30,056 nucleotides of DNA from Candidatus Thorarchaeota archaeon (GCA_038893995.1 JAWAQK010000030.1:1-30056); one strand, 5' to 3'. Positions 1 to 10,074 are shown, counted from the stretch's first letter. The notes: a model not told the origin generated them from the sequence alone. Made by a program: numbers and translations.

Positions 1-508
1 CATACCGAGCATACGAAGGACCGTTCAGATGTTGAGGGAACACTACGGACCCAGGTACAAGTTCAGGGGCAAGACATACTATGGGTTTCCCGAACCAGAG
101 AATCTTGCTGGGGCAGATGTGGAAGTCCTCAGGAGAATTGGCCTTGATTGGAGAGCAGAGTTCGTGGTGTCCTCATCAAGATCCATAGCAAGTGGAGATG
201 TGACCGAGGAGCAGTTGCGAGGACTCAGCTACGAGGAGGCCCATTCTCTGCTCAAGACTCTGTACGGTGTTGGCGACAAGGTCAGCGACTGTGTCTGTCT
301 GTTCTCACTGGGCTTCCTCGAGGCATTTCCCATAGATGTCTGGATTGAGCGAGTGATTCAGGACAACTACGGAATACTTGCCTCAGCAAAGGCATATGCG
401 AAGAAGTCTCAGCTCGCCCGTGAGTACTTTGGACGGTACGCAGGATATGCACAGGAGTACCTATACTACTATTCGCGGAACAATATGGCAAGGACCCGTG
501 GGTCATGA
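1..508 (+). CDS. 8-oxoguanine DNA glycosylase (OGG1/AlkA HhH-GPD family), 5'-truncated by the window edge
   Basis: Frame open from position 2 (IPSIRRTVQMLREHYG...). HhH motif LKTLYGVGDKVSDCVCLF, FPIDVWIER and YAGYAQEYLY are typical of the OGG1 family. Confidence 0.85.
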   Translation, partial: IPSIRRTVQMLREHYGPRYKFRGKTYYGFPEPENLAGADVEVLRRIGLDWRAEFVVSSSRSIASGDVTEEQLRGLSYEEAHSLLKTLYGVGDKVSDCVCLFSLGFLEAFPIDVWIERVIQDNYGILASAKAYAKKSQLAREYFGRYAGYAQEYLYYYSRNNMARTRGS

Positions 509-1609
509 GATCTTGAATCTCTGCCGGATCTTCATCTTCTCTCCATACCATGAATGATTGCTGACTCCACTGGATATCTCCCAGAGCCGCGTCTTGTAGA
601 ACTTCAGTGGATGAACTACGTATTCGCACAGAGGGTCGTACGAGACGTTCAAGTATACCGGACACAGAGAGCTGCTCTGTAGCTTCTTGCAACTGGGGGG
701 AGTGTATCCCTCTCCACCAGACTTGCTCGCGATGTGTCTCACCTGATACTCAGCCAGTCCTCTCACAAAGTCCGAACTGGTCTGGAATACATTCGTGACG
801 TCCTCTACACTCATTCCTATCTTAAGGAGGAAAGAGGCAAGTGTGAAACGCGCCTCGTGTGACAGACTCTTTCCACGGCCAACATCCTCATACATCTGAG
901 AGATACAGGGAGGCAGGGCCTTCAGGTCTGTCTGGGCCCCTGTCACCCTCTGCCGCGCTGGTTGCGCCGCCGATAATTCGCTCTCAATACGAAGAATGGC
1001 AAGTGCCATCCGTTCGGTGACAGGCGGTACTTCAATCGAACTTTGTAGGATGAGTTTCTTGAACTTGCCGGAGATGAGCCTGTTGAGCTCGGACCGTGTG
1101 AGTGGTACCCATCCTAGACGCACGGGACGGTTGACCAGTTTCCAAGTATCGTCATGGAAGTCAGGAGCCACCTCCAAGTAGTTGAAGAACTTCATTCGGA
1201 ACTCGTACGGTCGAAGGAGGTGCGGTGCCATGCGGCGCTCGGTAGTGTCAATCTGCTCAACTTTCCACGAGAAGGACTCCCTGGCCAGCGAAACCACGAA
1301 GTCACTGGGCTCAGACGACAGATATCGGTTTACTGACTTCGACTCAGCCTCAGCCTGCAGTTCTTTCAGGTAGTGATTCCCGATCTTCTCGACTATGAGT
1401 CGAGCTGTGGTGTACACGAGGCAGTCGTGCGGATCGCCAGTGTTGACAAGGGGTATGTCCGTCTTGTCGATAACGGCCATGACTCTGGCCTCTGCAGCAT
1501 CAACGACATACTCGTATCGACCGTCGGCCAGCAGTGTCATGAGTACGTTGACGTCCCTGGCCAGTGACTGAGCCACCTGTCTCGCCTCAAGCGAGAAGGG
1601 GTATTTCAT
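503..1609 (-). CDS. priL: DNA primase large subunit
   Basis: N-terminal KYPF. C-terminal Fe-S domain motifs LPPCI, LSHEARFTLASFLL, YQVRHI, YTPPSCKKL..LCP and C..VVHPLKFY. The true start may be 7-9 codons upstream (see findings). Confidence 0.92.
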   Translation of the reverse strand: MKYPFSLEARQVAQSLARDVNVLMTLLADGRYEYVVDAAEARVMAVIDKTDIPLVNTGDPHDCLVYTTARLIVEKIGNHYLKELQAEAESKSVNRYLSSEPSDFVVSLARESFSWKVEQIDTTERRMAPHLLRPYEFRMKFFNYLEVAPDFHDDTWKLVNRPVRLGWVPLTRSELNRLISGKFKKLILQSSIEVPPVTERMALAILRIESELSAAQPARQRVTGAQTDLKALPPCISQMYEDVGRGKSLSHEARFTLASFLLKIGMSVEDVTNVFQTSSDFVRGLAEYQVRHIASKSGGEGYTPPSCKKLQSSSLCPVYLNVSYDPLCEYVVHPLKFYKTRLWEISSGVSNHSWYGEKMKIRQRFKIS

Positions 1610-1788
1610 GATACGGATGTCTAGGCTCAGGGCAATGGTGCCTCCTCAGTTGTCAAGCCTGTACAAGTTCTGACATAGAGTTTTCGACTGACACGAGACA
1701 GACCCCTCGTAGCAGGTTCTCGAAGTCCACCATCGCAGGAAGCGGGTCAGATCGAGATCTCTATGCCCTGATGGCGTACGGACAAGGT

Positions 1789-2439
1789 TCACCTCACGCC
1801 CTTGACCATTGCGCGATAGGAGTCAACCATCTGGGATGATACGTCTCTCAACTGTGCTTCGTTGAACAGGGCGACAAGATCGTCCAGTGAGTGTTTGCAC
1901 ATGTGGGGATACCTTCTCCGTGCCTCATCCTCGCTCATCCCGCGTTCCACCATTGCACTGACGAATCCATCTGGGTCACCCGACACAAAGTCAAATGCGA
2001 GTAGTATCCCTCCTGTCTTCAGCGCATCCGCCGCTGAGCGGATGAAAGATTTGGGATCCTGAAGCTCGTGCAGAAGGTATCCACAGAAGACCAAGTCCGC
2101 AGTTCCCCCAGCCAGGTCAAGAGAGTCAGTGTCAAAATTGACACGTCGAATCCCGATCCTATTGGGAGGTAGCTGCCCACCGAGAATGTTCCTAGCGTAG
2201 CCCAGCATCTCCTCGCTTGAGTCTAGACCGCATACTTGAGTAGCTCCAAGTCTTTTCACTGCATCGGACAGGAAAAGCCCGGGCCCACAGCCAAGATCTA
2301 CCACATGGGGGAACAACTTGTATCCCAGCAACGCGTAAAAGGCACTCCAGAACTTGCGACCATACCTTTGCTCGTAAGACTCTGCCAGCGCCTTGACCTT
2401 TTCGGGGTCAGACCAGTCAGCCTTGGACAAATTGCTCAT
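1789..2439 (-). CDS. Class I SAM-dependent methyltransferase
   Basis: Motif I VVDLGCGPG, GLDSSEEML, DLVFCGYLLHEL, LKTGGILL. Confidence 0.88.
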   Translation of the reverse strand: MSNLSKADWSDPEKVKALAESYEQRYGRKFWSAFYALLGYKLFPHVVDLGCGPGLFLSDAVKRLGATQVCGLDSSEEMLGYARNILGGQLPPNRIGIRRVNFDTDSLDLAGGTADLVFCGYLLHELQDPKSFIRSAADALKTGGILLAFDFVSGDPDGFVSAMVERGMSEDEARRRYPHMCKHSLDDLVALFNEAQLRDVSSQMVDSYRAMVKGVR

Positions 2440-2739
2440 CGTGCCTCACGTCTCAACAGTGATAGATCTAGATTAGTATAGATGACTGTGTGTGCACCGT
2501 GAGTGATAAACGTCCGGTTTCTCCACATACACCAATCTCGGCAAGATATCTGGACGAGCTACGTTCTTCCGGCCAGAGACTGTGTACAGTCACTGGGCCT
2601 TGGGAACAGCCATGTGAAACCAGTGTCAAGTGAGTACGTCCGGGGCTCATATACGATAGAGGCGGAAATATTGAGTAAACACTGATAGTTTCGGGCAGGT
2701 GTTGGGCTTTTATCCTCAGCGACTGTCATATTTGGATCA

Positions 2740-3888
2740 ATGAAGCGTACGGGCGTTGCTCACCTCAGGCTTCATCCGGGAAGAGCTCCCCAGTGGCTAG
2801 TGAAGCGGATGATGCCCATGGCCAGCGCGATATGTCAGGTCATAGTGGATGAATTTGGCTCGGCGGAGCTACTATCCCGCCTGGCTGACCCCGTGTACTT
2901 CCAGGCGCTCTCTAATGCACTTGGTTACGACTGGGATAGTTCGGGCTCTACAACTGTCACTAGTGGTGTTCTGGCCTCCGTGCTCTGCTTCGAAAAGCAT
3001 GACATGGTGGGGGTTGGAGGTAAGGGAGCAGCCTCACTACGGACGCCCGAGATGCTGAAGGCACTCGAGGACTATGGTCTTAATGGCGCAAGACTGGCCG
3101 AGGTCAGTAGAAGAGTTGCTAAGATAGACAGTGCCGCAATTCAGGACGGGTACCAATTGTACCATCACGTATTCTTTGTAGATAGGGAAGAGAACTGGAC
3201 TGTGGTCCAACAGGGGCTCAATGAGCAGAAGGGAGACGCCAGAAGATATCACTGGACCTCAGAGGGACTGACATCCTTTGTTGATGAGCCACACTCAGGA
3301 ATCGTGTCGGGCCAGGTGGCAAGCGCAGCACTTGATATGACTTCGCGCAGGTCTGAAGGCTGTCGTAAGACATCCGTCGACATCGTGAACGACGGCCCAC
3401 TGCGGACCCGTCGTCTGTTCGAGGAGATCCAGTCATACAACGCGGTCACCCTGGATAGGTGGATAGACCCCGGGTCCACTCCGAGGTACATTCCAGAATA
3501 CAAGGTCATCCCGCAACGAATGAACTGGGATGCTGTGAGGAGGGCGTATGAGAGACAACCCTCGGGTTACGAGGAGCTTCTCGACGTGCCGGGTATGGGT
3601 GCTGCCGCAGTGAGGGGACTGGCACTCATTTCTGAACTCATCTTCGGAGACGCTCCGTCATGGTCAGATCCGGTACGAATGACCTTCGCATTCGGAGGCA
3701 AGGATGGTGTGCCATTCCCAGTCAAGAAACATGAGTATGATCAGGCAGTATCTTTCATGGAACATGCGATATCTGAGGCAAAGTTGGGGAGACGGGAGAA
3801 GGTCACTGCACTGAGAAGGCTCAGAGAGTTCGCTCCACCAATCCTGGTATGTGAAACCGGTCAGCACGAACGGGAGTCAACCGAATGA
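2740..3888 (+). CDS. DUF763 domain-containing protein
   Basis: Family signatures LHPGRAPQWL, DWDSSGSTTV, KIDSAAIQDGYQLYHH, VQQG, ARRYHW and GGKDGVPFPV. HhH-like DVPGMG. TTTTAT box about 27 nt upstream. Confidence 0.9.
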   Translation: MKRTGVAHLRLHPGRAPQWLVKRMMPMASAICQVIVDEFGSAELLSRLADPVYFQALSNALGYDWDSSGSTTVTSGVLASVLCFEKHDMVGVGGKGAASLRTPEMLKALEDYGLNGARLAEVSRRVAKIDSAAIQDGYQLYHHVFFVDREENWTVVQQGLNEQKGDARRYHWTSEGLTSFVDEPHSGIVSGQVASAALDMTSRRSEGCRKTSVDIVNDGPLRTRRLFEEIQSYNAVTLDRWIDPGSTPRYIPEYKVIPQRMNWDAVRRAYERQPSGYEELLDVPGMGAAAVRGLALISELIFGDAPSWSDPVRMTFAFGGKDGVPFPVKKHEYDQAVSFMEHAISEAKLGRREKVTALRRLREFAPPILVCETGQHERESTE

Positions 3889-3918
3889 CACAATTGCGAG
3901 GAGCGTGGTCTATGGCAC

Positions 3919-4719
3919 GTGATTGAACTCGTATCCTATGACAACGACGTATTGTGTGTGCGTACAGCCAGTGAACAGAACGGACAACCGATATTCTGGG
4001 TGTACTCATATCTCGTGGGCGACACCCTATTCGATACTGGTTGCGGAAACACTTCCAACGAGTTCAGGTCGGCGATCTCTACCAGAGAAATAGGAAGAAT
4101 AGTGATCTCTCATGCTCATGAGGACCACGTCGGGGCCTGTTCCAGACTGGAATCTGAGGTCCCCGTGCTAGCGCCTGACCCCATACACGCTGCTCTGCGC
4201 AGCCCACCCGCGATAAACGACTTCTTCAGATTCGTATGGGGTCAACCAGAACCTATCAAGAGCCCTCTGAAGCTGCCAGACAACCTGGAAACGGAACGAT
4301 TCAGGTTCAGTATCGTCCGGCTTCCCGGCCATACTGACTCCATGATAGGACTCTACGACAGCGAGAGACAATGGTTATTCTCTGCGGATGCCGTACCTTT
4401 TCCGTCAAGGAAGAAGCTGGCAATGCCGGATGAGAACATCCCAATGATGCTCCGGACGCTGGAGATGATTCAGCAGCTGGACATAAGTGTGCTGTTCGAT
4501 AGCCACCATGGGCCCATCGACAGACCCCATGAGCACGTTCAGAAGAGGATAGACTTCCTGAAGGAGACCCAGTCCCGTGTCAGAAGGCTATACGAGGAGG
4601 GGCTGTCGATAGAAGATATCGTCCGTTCACTAAATTTCGAGCAACCCTGGTATGTAGACCTGACAGGTGGAAGATTTGGTGTCGAACATCTTGTGAGATC
4701 GTTGATTCATGACAAGTGA
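3919..4719 (+). CDS. MBL-fold metallo-hydrolase
   Basis: LFDTG, HAHEDH (HxHxDH), PGHT, SAD and a final DSH metal ligand. Confidence 0.88.
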   Translation: MIELVSYDNDVLCVRTASEQNGQPIFWVYSYLVGDTLFDTGCGNTSNEFRSAISTREIGRIVISHAHEDHVGACSRLESEVPVLAPDPIHAALRSPPAINDFFRFVWGQPEPIKSPLKLPDNLETERFRFSIVRLPGHTDSMIGLYDSERQWLFSADAVPFPSRKKLAMPDENIPMMLRTLEMIQQLDISVLFDSHHGPIDRPHEHVQKRIDFLKETQSRVRRLYEEGLSIEDIVRSLNFEQPWYVDLTGGRFGVEHLVRSLIHDK

Positions 4720-4734
4720 ACTACGAACACACGA

Positions 4735-5898
4735 CTATGATCTTCTCTCTCTTCGACGGTCATATCTACTGGAGAAGGTCCTTGTGAGACGTTCATGTTC
4801 TCGTCGGGCACGATCGGCCTCCCTCTGTCTTGAGCAGTTGAACTTGGCAGCACGTCCCAGGACTGACACGCGCTCAGCGTCTTCTTCAGACCCCGTAGAC
4901 TTGTAGATACGTCTGGCCTTCTCCCACGCCTCCGCCGCAGAGCAGAAATCATTCATTCTTGCATTGGCGTGTGCCTGTGCGTCCCAGGCTGCTGCATCGT
5001 CCTTGACAACAGAGGTGAACCGAGACCAGGTCTTGGCAGCGTCAGCCCACCGTTCCAGCTCCATATACACAAGTGCCAGATTGCGCAGCGCAGATGTGTT
5101 CTTGTGATCCATGATGACTGCCCGTTCAAGATGACTGGCTGCAGTCTTCATGTCTCCAGCCCTGTAGGAGACCACGCCCATCATGTTCTCGATTGACGGA
5201 TCGGTGGGATCCAGGACTGATGCTCGTTCCAAGGCCTTCAGGGCAGCCTTGTACTTCTCAGCCTGAACGTATACATCTGCAAGCGTCCGCCATGAGATGA
5301 TGGAGTCAGGGGAGATCTTGACAGCACGTTCCGCAGACTTGATGGCCTCGTCGAATTTGCCGAGCCGAGCCAGGATCACGGCCTTGTGAACAATCGCGAT
5401 AGAATTGTCAGGATCACTGGACAGTACACGCTCATAGCTGACCAGTGCGGCCTCAGGATTGCCAAGCTCGGCCTCCAGGTCACCCCTCCGAATCCATAGA
5501 AGAGAGTCCGACCCATCCTGTCTCAGTATCTCGTCGATATAGCCTATCTCCTCTCTTGCTCTTCCGAGTAGTCTCAACGCGAGAACAGCGCCCCTCAGTG
5601 CGTCGATTGCACCGGGAGACAACTCAAGTGCCTTCTTGAAAGAGACTAGCGCATCTGATGCCTTATTGGGTCCAAGGGCCAGCAGTACATGACCCCTATT
5701 TGCGTGTGCAGCGGCCAGGCTGGGATCCAATCTTATGGCAGTGTCGAGGCTTCTCAACGCATCTCCGAAATCACCAGACTTGGCAAGCAACGCACCCTTT
5801 GCATTCCATGCAGCTGCATCGCCAGGCCTGTCCCGTAGATGATCCTCAACAGCCGCGAGCAGGTCTCGGTCCGTGGGAGGCTTCGTGGTCACCTTCAT
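4735..5898 (-). CDS. Tetratricopeptide repeat protein
   Basis: Consecutive 34-aa TPR units (AWNAKGALLAKSGDFGDALRSLDTAIRLDP; AHANRGHVLLALG...) and a charged C-terminal helix. Start chosen at MKVTT; the ORF is open to 5949. Confidence 0.88.
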   Translation of the reverse strand: MKVTTKPPTDRDLLAAVEDHLRDRPGDAAAWNAKGALLAKSGDFGDALRSLDTAIRLDPSLAAAHANRGHVLLALGPNKASDALVSFKKALELSPGAIDALRGAVLALRLLGRAREEIGYIDEILRQDGSDSLLWIRRGDLEAELGNPEAALVSYERVLSSDPDNSIAIVHKAVILARLGKFDEAIKSAERAVKISPDSIISWRTLADVYVQAEKYKAALKALERASVLDPTDPSIENMMGVVSYRAGDMKTAASHLERAVIMDHKNTSALRNLALVYMELERWADAAKTWSRFTSVVKDDAAAWDAQAHANARMNDFCSAAEAWEKARRIYKSTGSEEDAERVSVLGRAAKFNCSRQREADRARREHERLTRTFSSRYDRRRERRS

Positions 5899-6103
5899 CA
5901 GCTGGCATACCACACTCGTACAGTGAACTTGATGTTTGCGGATAGGCACAAGTGTAAAATACGTGGGACTGCTAACCCACTGAGACTATCTGCTATCTCC
6001 ACCGCTGGAGTGAATACCAAACACCATGATCCCACCACGCACCGAGAGTCGCATCTGTCGAAACCTGTCTAGGCTGACGTGCCCCATGAGGCGTGTGCAT
6101 GCC

Positions 6104-6835
6104 ATGAGGCCATGTGGACTGATCATACTGGTCCTCTTCATTCACGCAGCTGCTCCGAACTTTGTGACAGCACAGGTTCAAGGCCTCGAGTGGGGCGTGA
6201 ACATAGGAGAGGAATTCTTCTACGCGCTACAGCGACGCGCGATTGACCCAGCATGGGAGGAAATCATGACACAGGAACTACCCTTTGTGGCCAACTTGAG
6301 CCAGGGCCAGCTGGCAATTGTGAGTATCACAGAGTTAGAACCCATTCCTGATGTGCTGGAGAATGGTATCCCACTTGCATTCTGCAGCGTCAGGAGAGAG
6401 AATGACTCCACTATCATACTGAGCCGTTATCACATATTCGTGGTTCCCGTTGGGAACTGGGCATTGCTCACAGAGAAGAGCGGCTATACATCAGTTCAGG
6501 GTGTCACTATCATCGACGACCAGTCCGACTGGGGCATAATAAGTTCAGTGTCGTTCGACGCAGGAGGCCTCACAGTCTCAGCCTATCAGGAGATCAGGTA
6601 CGAGAAGGAGAACGGAACTCTGAGGTACCTGAGAATGAGGTACAGCGTCTACGGAACTGATCTGGTCGATATAGTGTTCGTCCAGTGGCACACAGGAATG
6701 CCGACTGTTCTCCCGCCCGAGTTCCAGATGACCAATCTGCTGATCATCATTGTCGCAGGCATTGGTGGGGTAGCAGTTGGACTAGTACTGTACGGAAGAA
6801 GGAGAAAGCCATTAGTCCAGATACTTGGAGAGTAG
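6104..6835 (+). CDS. Hypothetical exported protein with signal peptide and C-terminal membrane anchor
   Basis: MRPCGLIILVLFIHAA signal-like segment, LEWGVNIGEEFFY at the mature N-terminus, and C-terminal TM LLIIIVAGIGGVAVGLVLY followed by GRRRK. Start uncertain (6026/6086/6104). Confidence 0.75.
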   Translation: MRPCGLIILVLFIHAAAPNFVTAQVQGLEWGVNIGEEFFYALQRRAIDPAWEEIMTQELPFVANLSQGQLAIVSITELEPIPDVLENGIPLAFCSVRRENDSTIILSRYHIFVVPVGNWALLTEKSGYTSVQGVTIIDDQSDWGIISSVSFDAGGLTVSAYQEIRYEKENGTLRYLRMRYSVYGTDLVDIVFVQWHTGMPTVLPPEFQMTNLLIIIVAGIGGVAVGLVLYGRRRKPLVQILGE

Positions 6836-6840
6836 AACAG

Positions 6841-7188
6841 ATGAAGAATGCACACAGTGAGGCAAAGAGGGTGACATGCTCAGAGGACAGCAATGTCATT
6901 GAGATCAAGTGTGGGGAGGAATTCTACTACCAGTTTGGCCGCCATGCCTCCGTGGGAGAGGAGGCTGAGTTTGAGATCGAGGACACATCCGTCGTCACTC
7001 ACATAGATACAGAGCTCAAGTATCGTTACCCAGAGAGAATGAAACCAGGATGGACCGGGGGAGATTCTCAGACCGGTCGTTGGTTCTTCAAGGGAGATAG
7101 ACCTGGAGAAACGAAGATTCATTTTCGCGAACTGTTCAGGGGTAGACTGGAACGCGAATGTGTCTTGACTGTGGTCGTCAGGGACTGA
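6841..7188 (+). CDS. Hypothetical Ig-like protein resembling chagasin / I42 protease inhibitors
   Basis: ATG 5 nt after the upstream stop. Pattern IEIKCGEEF...HASVG...GWTGG.SQTGRWFFKGDRPGETKIHF follows the I42 layout, but the canonical NPSTGY and RPW motifs are diverged. Confidence 0.5.
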   Translation: MKNAHSEAKRVTCSEDSNVIEIKCGEEFYYQFGRHASVGEEAEFEIEDTSVVTHIDTELKYRYPERMKPGWTGGDSQTGRWFFKGDRPGETKIHFRELFRGRLERECVLTVVVRD

Positions 7189-7225
7189 ATTCGCGACCAT
7201 ACTGGTCAGAGCTGGAGTATTCATC

Positions 7226-7813
7226 TCAGGGGACCAAGTCAGAGAGCAGGGACGACAGACCAAGCTCACACAACTGGTCACGTGCGGAACTCGCAAACTG
7301 GATGATGGACAGTAGTAGATGAATCTCGGACCATGCAGCCGCAGATGCAGCAACCGCACTCTCCAGGACGGTCTCTCGATCCACCTTCAGCGCAGAGCAT
7401 GCGGCGCGGACCGAGACCTGCCTCACGTTGGATGCACTCCGGGCCCAGAATCTGGCAGACGGCTCGTCCAGGAAGACCTCACATCCGTCTTCTCGGTTTG
7501 CCAGAAACAGATGCGTGACATCGGTCAGATCGACAGTGGCACCAGCACTGGTCTCTGAGGTTGTCATCCCACTGTCGCGCAGGACTGTGACATGATCTAT
7601 GGGAGTGGGACCGCTCTGAAGAGGGATGCTCACACCACCTATGCCAAACTCTGCGCGACGCCGAACTACATGGTTCATGTCATCATCTGCGGGAGACCAG
7701 ATGGTCCGATAGATCAGGAGGGAGTTGTCTGTGCAGTCCAACCTTGTTTCCACAACTCGGTCAGTCCCCGCGTTTCCGAGTTCTGTGACCACGTGCGATC
7801 TTGTTATGGCCAT
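7226..7813 (-). CDS. Hypothetical protein, possibly the last gene of the ars operon
   Basis: 195-aa ORF with a GAGGAG SD, starting 22 nt after the arsR stop. No family recognised. Confidence 0.6.
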   Translation of the reverse strand: MAITRSHVVTELGNAGTDRVVETRLDCTDNSLLIYRTIWSPADDDMNHVVRRRAEFGIGGVSIPLQSGPTPIDHVTVLRDSGMTTSETSAGATVDLTDVTHLFLANREDGCEVFLDEPSARFWARSASNVRQVSVRAACSALKVDRETVLESAVAASAAAWSEIHLLLSIIQFASSARDQLCELGLSSLLSDLVP

Positions 7814-7835
7814 ACCCTCTCCTCTTGAACAAGTC

Positions 7836-8165
7836 CTACTGAGTCTCGGTCTGACCTTGACCTCTCACAGTCCTCTGTCGTGTCAACTCGCGTAACCTGG
7901 CAATGATGTCGACAATGGCAGGGTCAGCAATTCTGTAGAGTTTCCTTGTTCCATCACGACGCATGACCAATATGCCTGTTCGAACCAACTGATTGAGGTA
8001 TGTGGATATGACTGACTGCGGTCCATCCAGGTATTTCCCAATGTCGCATTGACAGAGCTCCTGACCGACAAGAAGTTCTACTATCGCAAGGCGTAGGGGA
8101 TTGGCAAGTGCCTTGAGAAACTCCACGATCCACTCCGAGTCTTGTCGTTCTGTCAATGTGTTCAC
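7836..8165 (-). CDS. arsR: ArsR/SmtB family metalloregulator
   Basis: FLKALANPLRLAIVELL, ELCQCDI (compare the ELCVCDL As(III) site), HTH SVISTYLNQL..GIL..RRDG..KLYRI. Confidence 0.9.
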   Translation of the reverse strand: MNTLTERQDSEWIVEFLKALANPLRLAIVELLVGQELCQCDIGKYLDGPQSVISTYLNQLVRTGILVMRRDGTRKLYRIADPAIVDIIARLRELTRQRTVRGQGQTETQ

Positions 8166-8170
8166 TCTGC

Positions 8171-8431
8171 CTACGACTGAGTCTGTTTTACTATTGCCGC
8201 TTCAATTTCAGCAACAGTGGGATTGGGCCCCAGGAGTATGTTGCCAACAAGTACGCCACGATACGAGACACCTGCCTCCCTCGCAGCCTCGCTGTCAGCT
8301 GAACACTCCCTGTATTCCACCTCGTCCAGATGGTTGCGAATAGCCTCATACACGCGGCTGAGAAATGTGGTCTGACTGCACCCACAGACTCCCGCTGGGA
8401 GGAACACTGTGATTGTCACTCGCTTCTCCAT
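8171..8431 (-). CDS. Small thioredoxin-fold redox protein with a CGC motif
   Basis: Beta strand VTITVF followed by GVCGCS, then SEAAREAGV...VLVGN..LGPNPT..EIEAAI. Resembles thioredoxin/ArsD-like folds. Confidence 0.6.
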   Translation of the reverse strand: MEKRVTITVFLPAGVCGCSQTTFLSRVYEAIRNHLDEVEYRECSADSEAAREAGVSYRGVLVGNILLGPNPTVAEIEAAIVKQTQS

Positions 8432-8435
8432 TAGA

Positions 8436-8840
8436 TCATCTCCATCTATCTCTCACTGAGTCGACGGCAGATGCAACATCTGCAGCTACCCGTTCTACAA
8501 TATCACTAAACTCGTCAATCTTCCATTTACCTTTTGCAGGGGAACACGCGTCAGGCAGATAGTCCTCGACGCAGATCCTGGCCGAGGGCTCTGCACTGTA
8601 CTTCGCGGTCTGTAGAGCTGCGCACATCTTGCTACAGCCGTCGATCGTGATGGTCGGAAACACCCGTGCAAACTCACGCTCATCAGCATCACCAGCAATG
8701 AACAGTGGAAGACAGATCGTGACCGTTTCGTCTGGCTTCAACTGGTGAAGTACACGAAGCGTCGCGGCCCTTGACACACTACCTCCTATACAGTCTTCAC
8801 CACTACATGAAATTAGTCCCACTTTTGGTTTGAAGGTCAT
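8436..8840 (-). CDS. DGC domain (putative zinc-binding) protein
   Basis: ISCSG, TICLPLF and ITIDGCSKMCA give the DGC family Cys pattern. Confidence 0.88.
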   Translation of the reverse strand: MTFKPKVGLISCSGEDCIGGSVSRAATLRVLHQLKPDETVTICLPLFIAGDADEREFARVFPTITIDGCSKMCAALQTAKYSAEPSARICVEDYLPDACSPAKGKWKIDEFSDIVERVAADVASAVDSVRDRWR

Positions 8841-9229
8841 TGATTTCCCTCCGGTAGTATTTCTCTGACAACATCTCTGGCCAGAAGCACACCACCCTCA
8901 CCTATGTCGAGCACAGTCCCAGGGCTATGCTCCCTGTTTGCTGCCAACACCCTTGGCAACAGGATCTCCTTGACAACATTGGAACCCACGCGTTTCGCAC
9001 ACACTGTTGCGCACTTCTTGGGACATCCATCGATCGTGATGACTCTGGAGGTCCTCACAGTTTCTACAGAGTGCTCGTCTTCAGCCATGAGGAGCGCAAG
9101 GCACAGGGTTCTGTACTTGTCGTGATGCTCATGCTCCGTCAGCATGTATGTTGCTTCGCGTGCAACAGAGCCGAATGCCTTGCCTATCCCGCTACATGGT
9201 AGTATCACTATCTTATCAGCTGATGTCAT
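8837..9229 (-). CDS. DGC domain (putative zinc-binding) protein
   Basis: LPCSGIGKAFGSVAREA, TLCLALL, ITIDGCPKKCA. ATGA overlaps with both neighbours. Confidence 0.88.
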   Translation of the reverse strand: MTSADKIVILPCSGIGKAFGSVAREATYMLTEHEHHDKYRTLCLALLMAEDEHSVETVRTSRVITIDGCPKKCATVCAKRVGSNVVKEILLPRVLAANREHSPGTVLDIGEGGVLLARDVVREILPEGNQ

Positions 9230-10074
9230 GCTGTTGACACCTTCTTGCCTAGTTCGTGTTTCGCCCTCTCAGATGCACGTGCCATGTATTCGACTGCATC
9301 CTTGAGCAGTTCCAGTTCAGTGATGTCACTGGGACTCATCAGGTAGAGCCAGCCCTCGTCATATGGCGACTCGTTCACGAGTTCTGGTCGCTCCCTGAGC
9401 TGGTCATTACGCTCCACAATGACACCCGATACGGGGGATATTATCTCGACCATCGTCTTGGTGGACTCAAGCACGCCTATATCATCGCCCAGCGATACCT
9501 CGCGTCCTGCTTCGACCAGCTCGACGTAATAGATGTCGGACAAGGACTGCTGGAGCAGGTCGGTTGCACCGATTCGGACCTTGTCTCCCTCCAACGAGAC
9601 CCAGAAATCGTTGTCACTGTAACGAAGACCCTCCTTGACTCTCAATGTGAACTTGTCAATCTTCTGGACAAGAAATTGTCCATTCTCTTCCTGGAGGGCA
9701 CTCACTCGTCCCATGGGAGTTGTGGGTTCGAGCAGACCTCCGAGTCTGGATCGGACTTGTTCCACCACAGTCTGGACCTTGTCAGAGTCAGGTAACTCAG
9801 ACTCCGACAGCTCACCGAGTTCGATGCTGTGGAGAGTATGGGCGCCTCTTGAATCTGCAATCTTAGAAGCACAGCGCATTCCGCAACCGTCAATACATAT
9901 CACCGGGGACGATCGAAAGTCCTTCAACTCGCCCGCCCTCGCGTTTACCAATGCAGCAATACTACCTATCACAATCGCATCAGATGAAGCATACAGCTTC
10001 TCTGCTGCCTTCCTCGTGAAGTGTCCCCCTGGGCGATCAAAACCACAACAGGGCAGAATGTATACTCGATTCAC
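9226..10074 (-). CDS. DGC domain fused to a glycine-cleavage H-protein-like lipoyl carrier
   Basis: N-terminal LPCCG...ICIDGCGMRCA. C-terminal LRYS..DFWV...VRIGATD..QQSLSDIYYVEL...ESTKTMVEIISPVSG...PELVNESPYDEGWL with the lipoyl Lys retained. GTG at 10074 overlaps the ferredoxin TGA; alternative starts are 10083 and 10095. Confidence 0.85.
   Translation of the reverse strand: MNRVYILPCCGFDRPGGHFTRKAAEKLYASSDAIVIGSIAALVNARAGELKDFRSSPVICIDGCGMRCASKIADSRGAHTLHSIELGELSESELPDSDKVQTVVEQVRSRLGGLLEPTTPMGRVSALQEENGQFLVQKIDKFTLRVKEGLRYSDNDFWVSLEGDKVRIGATDLLQQSLSDIYYVELVEAGREVSLGDDIGVLESTKTMVEIISPVSGVIVERNDQLRERPELVNESPYDEGWLYLMSPSDITELELLKDAVEYMARASERAKHELGKKVSTA

Noticed and set aside
503-508. Convergent glycosylase and priL stops sharing the palindrome TCATGA
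   Set aside because: Real but an ordinary result of compact gene packing.
9226-9700. Calling this a canonical gcvH / glycine cleavage operon
   Set aside because: The domain is fused to DGC, embedded in the ars operon, and no P, T or L protein genes are nearby.
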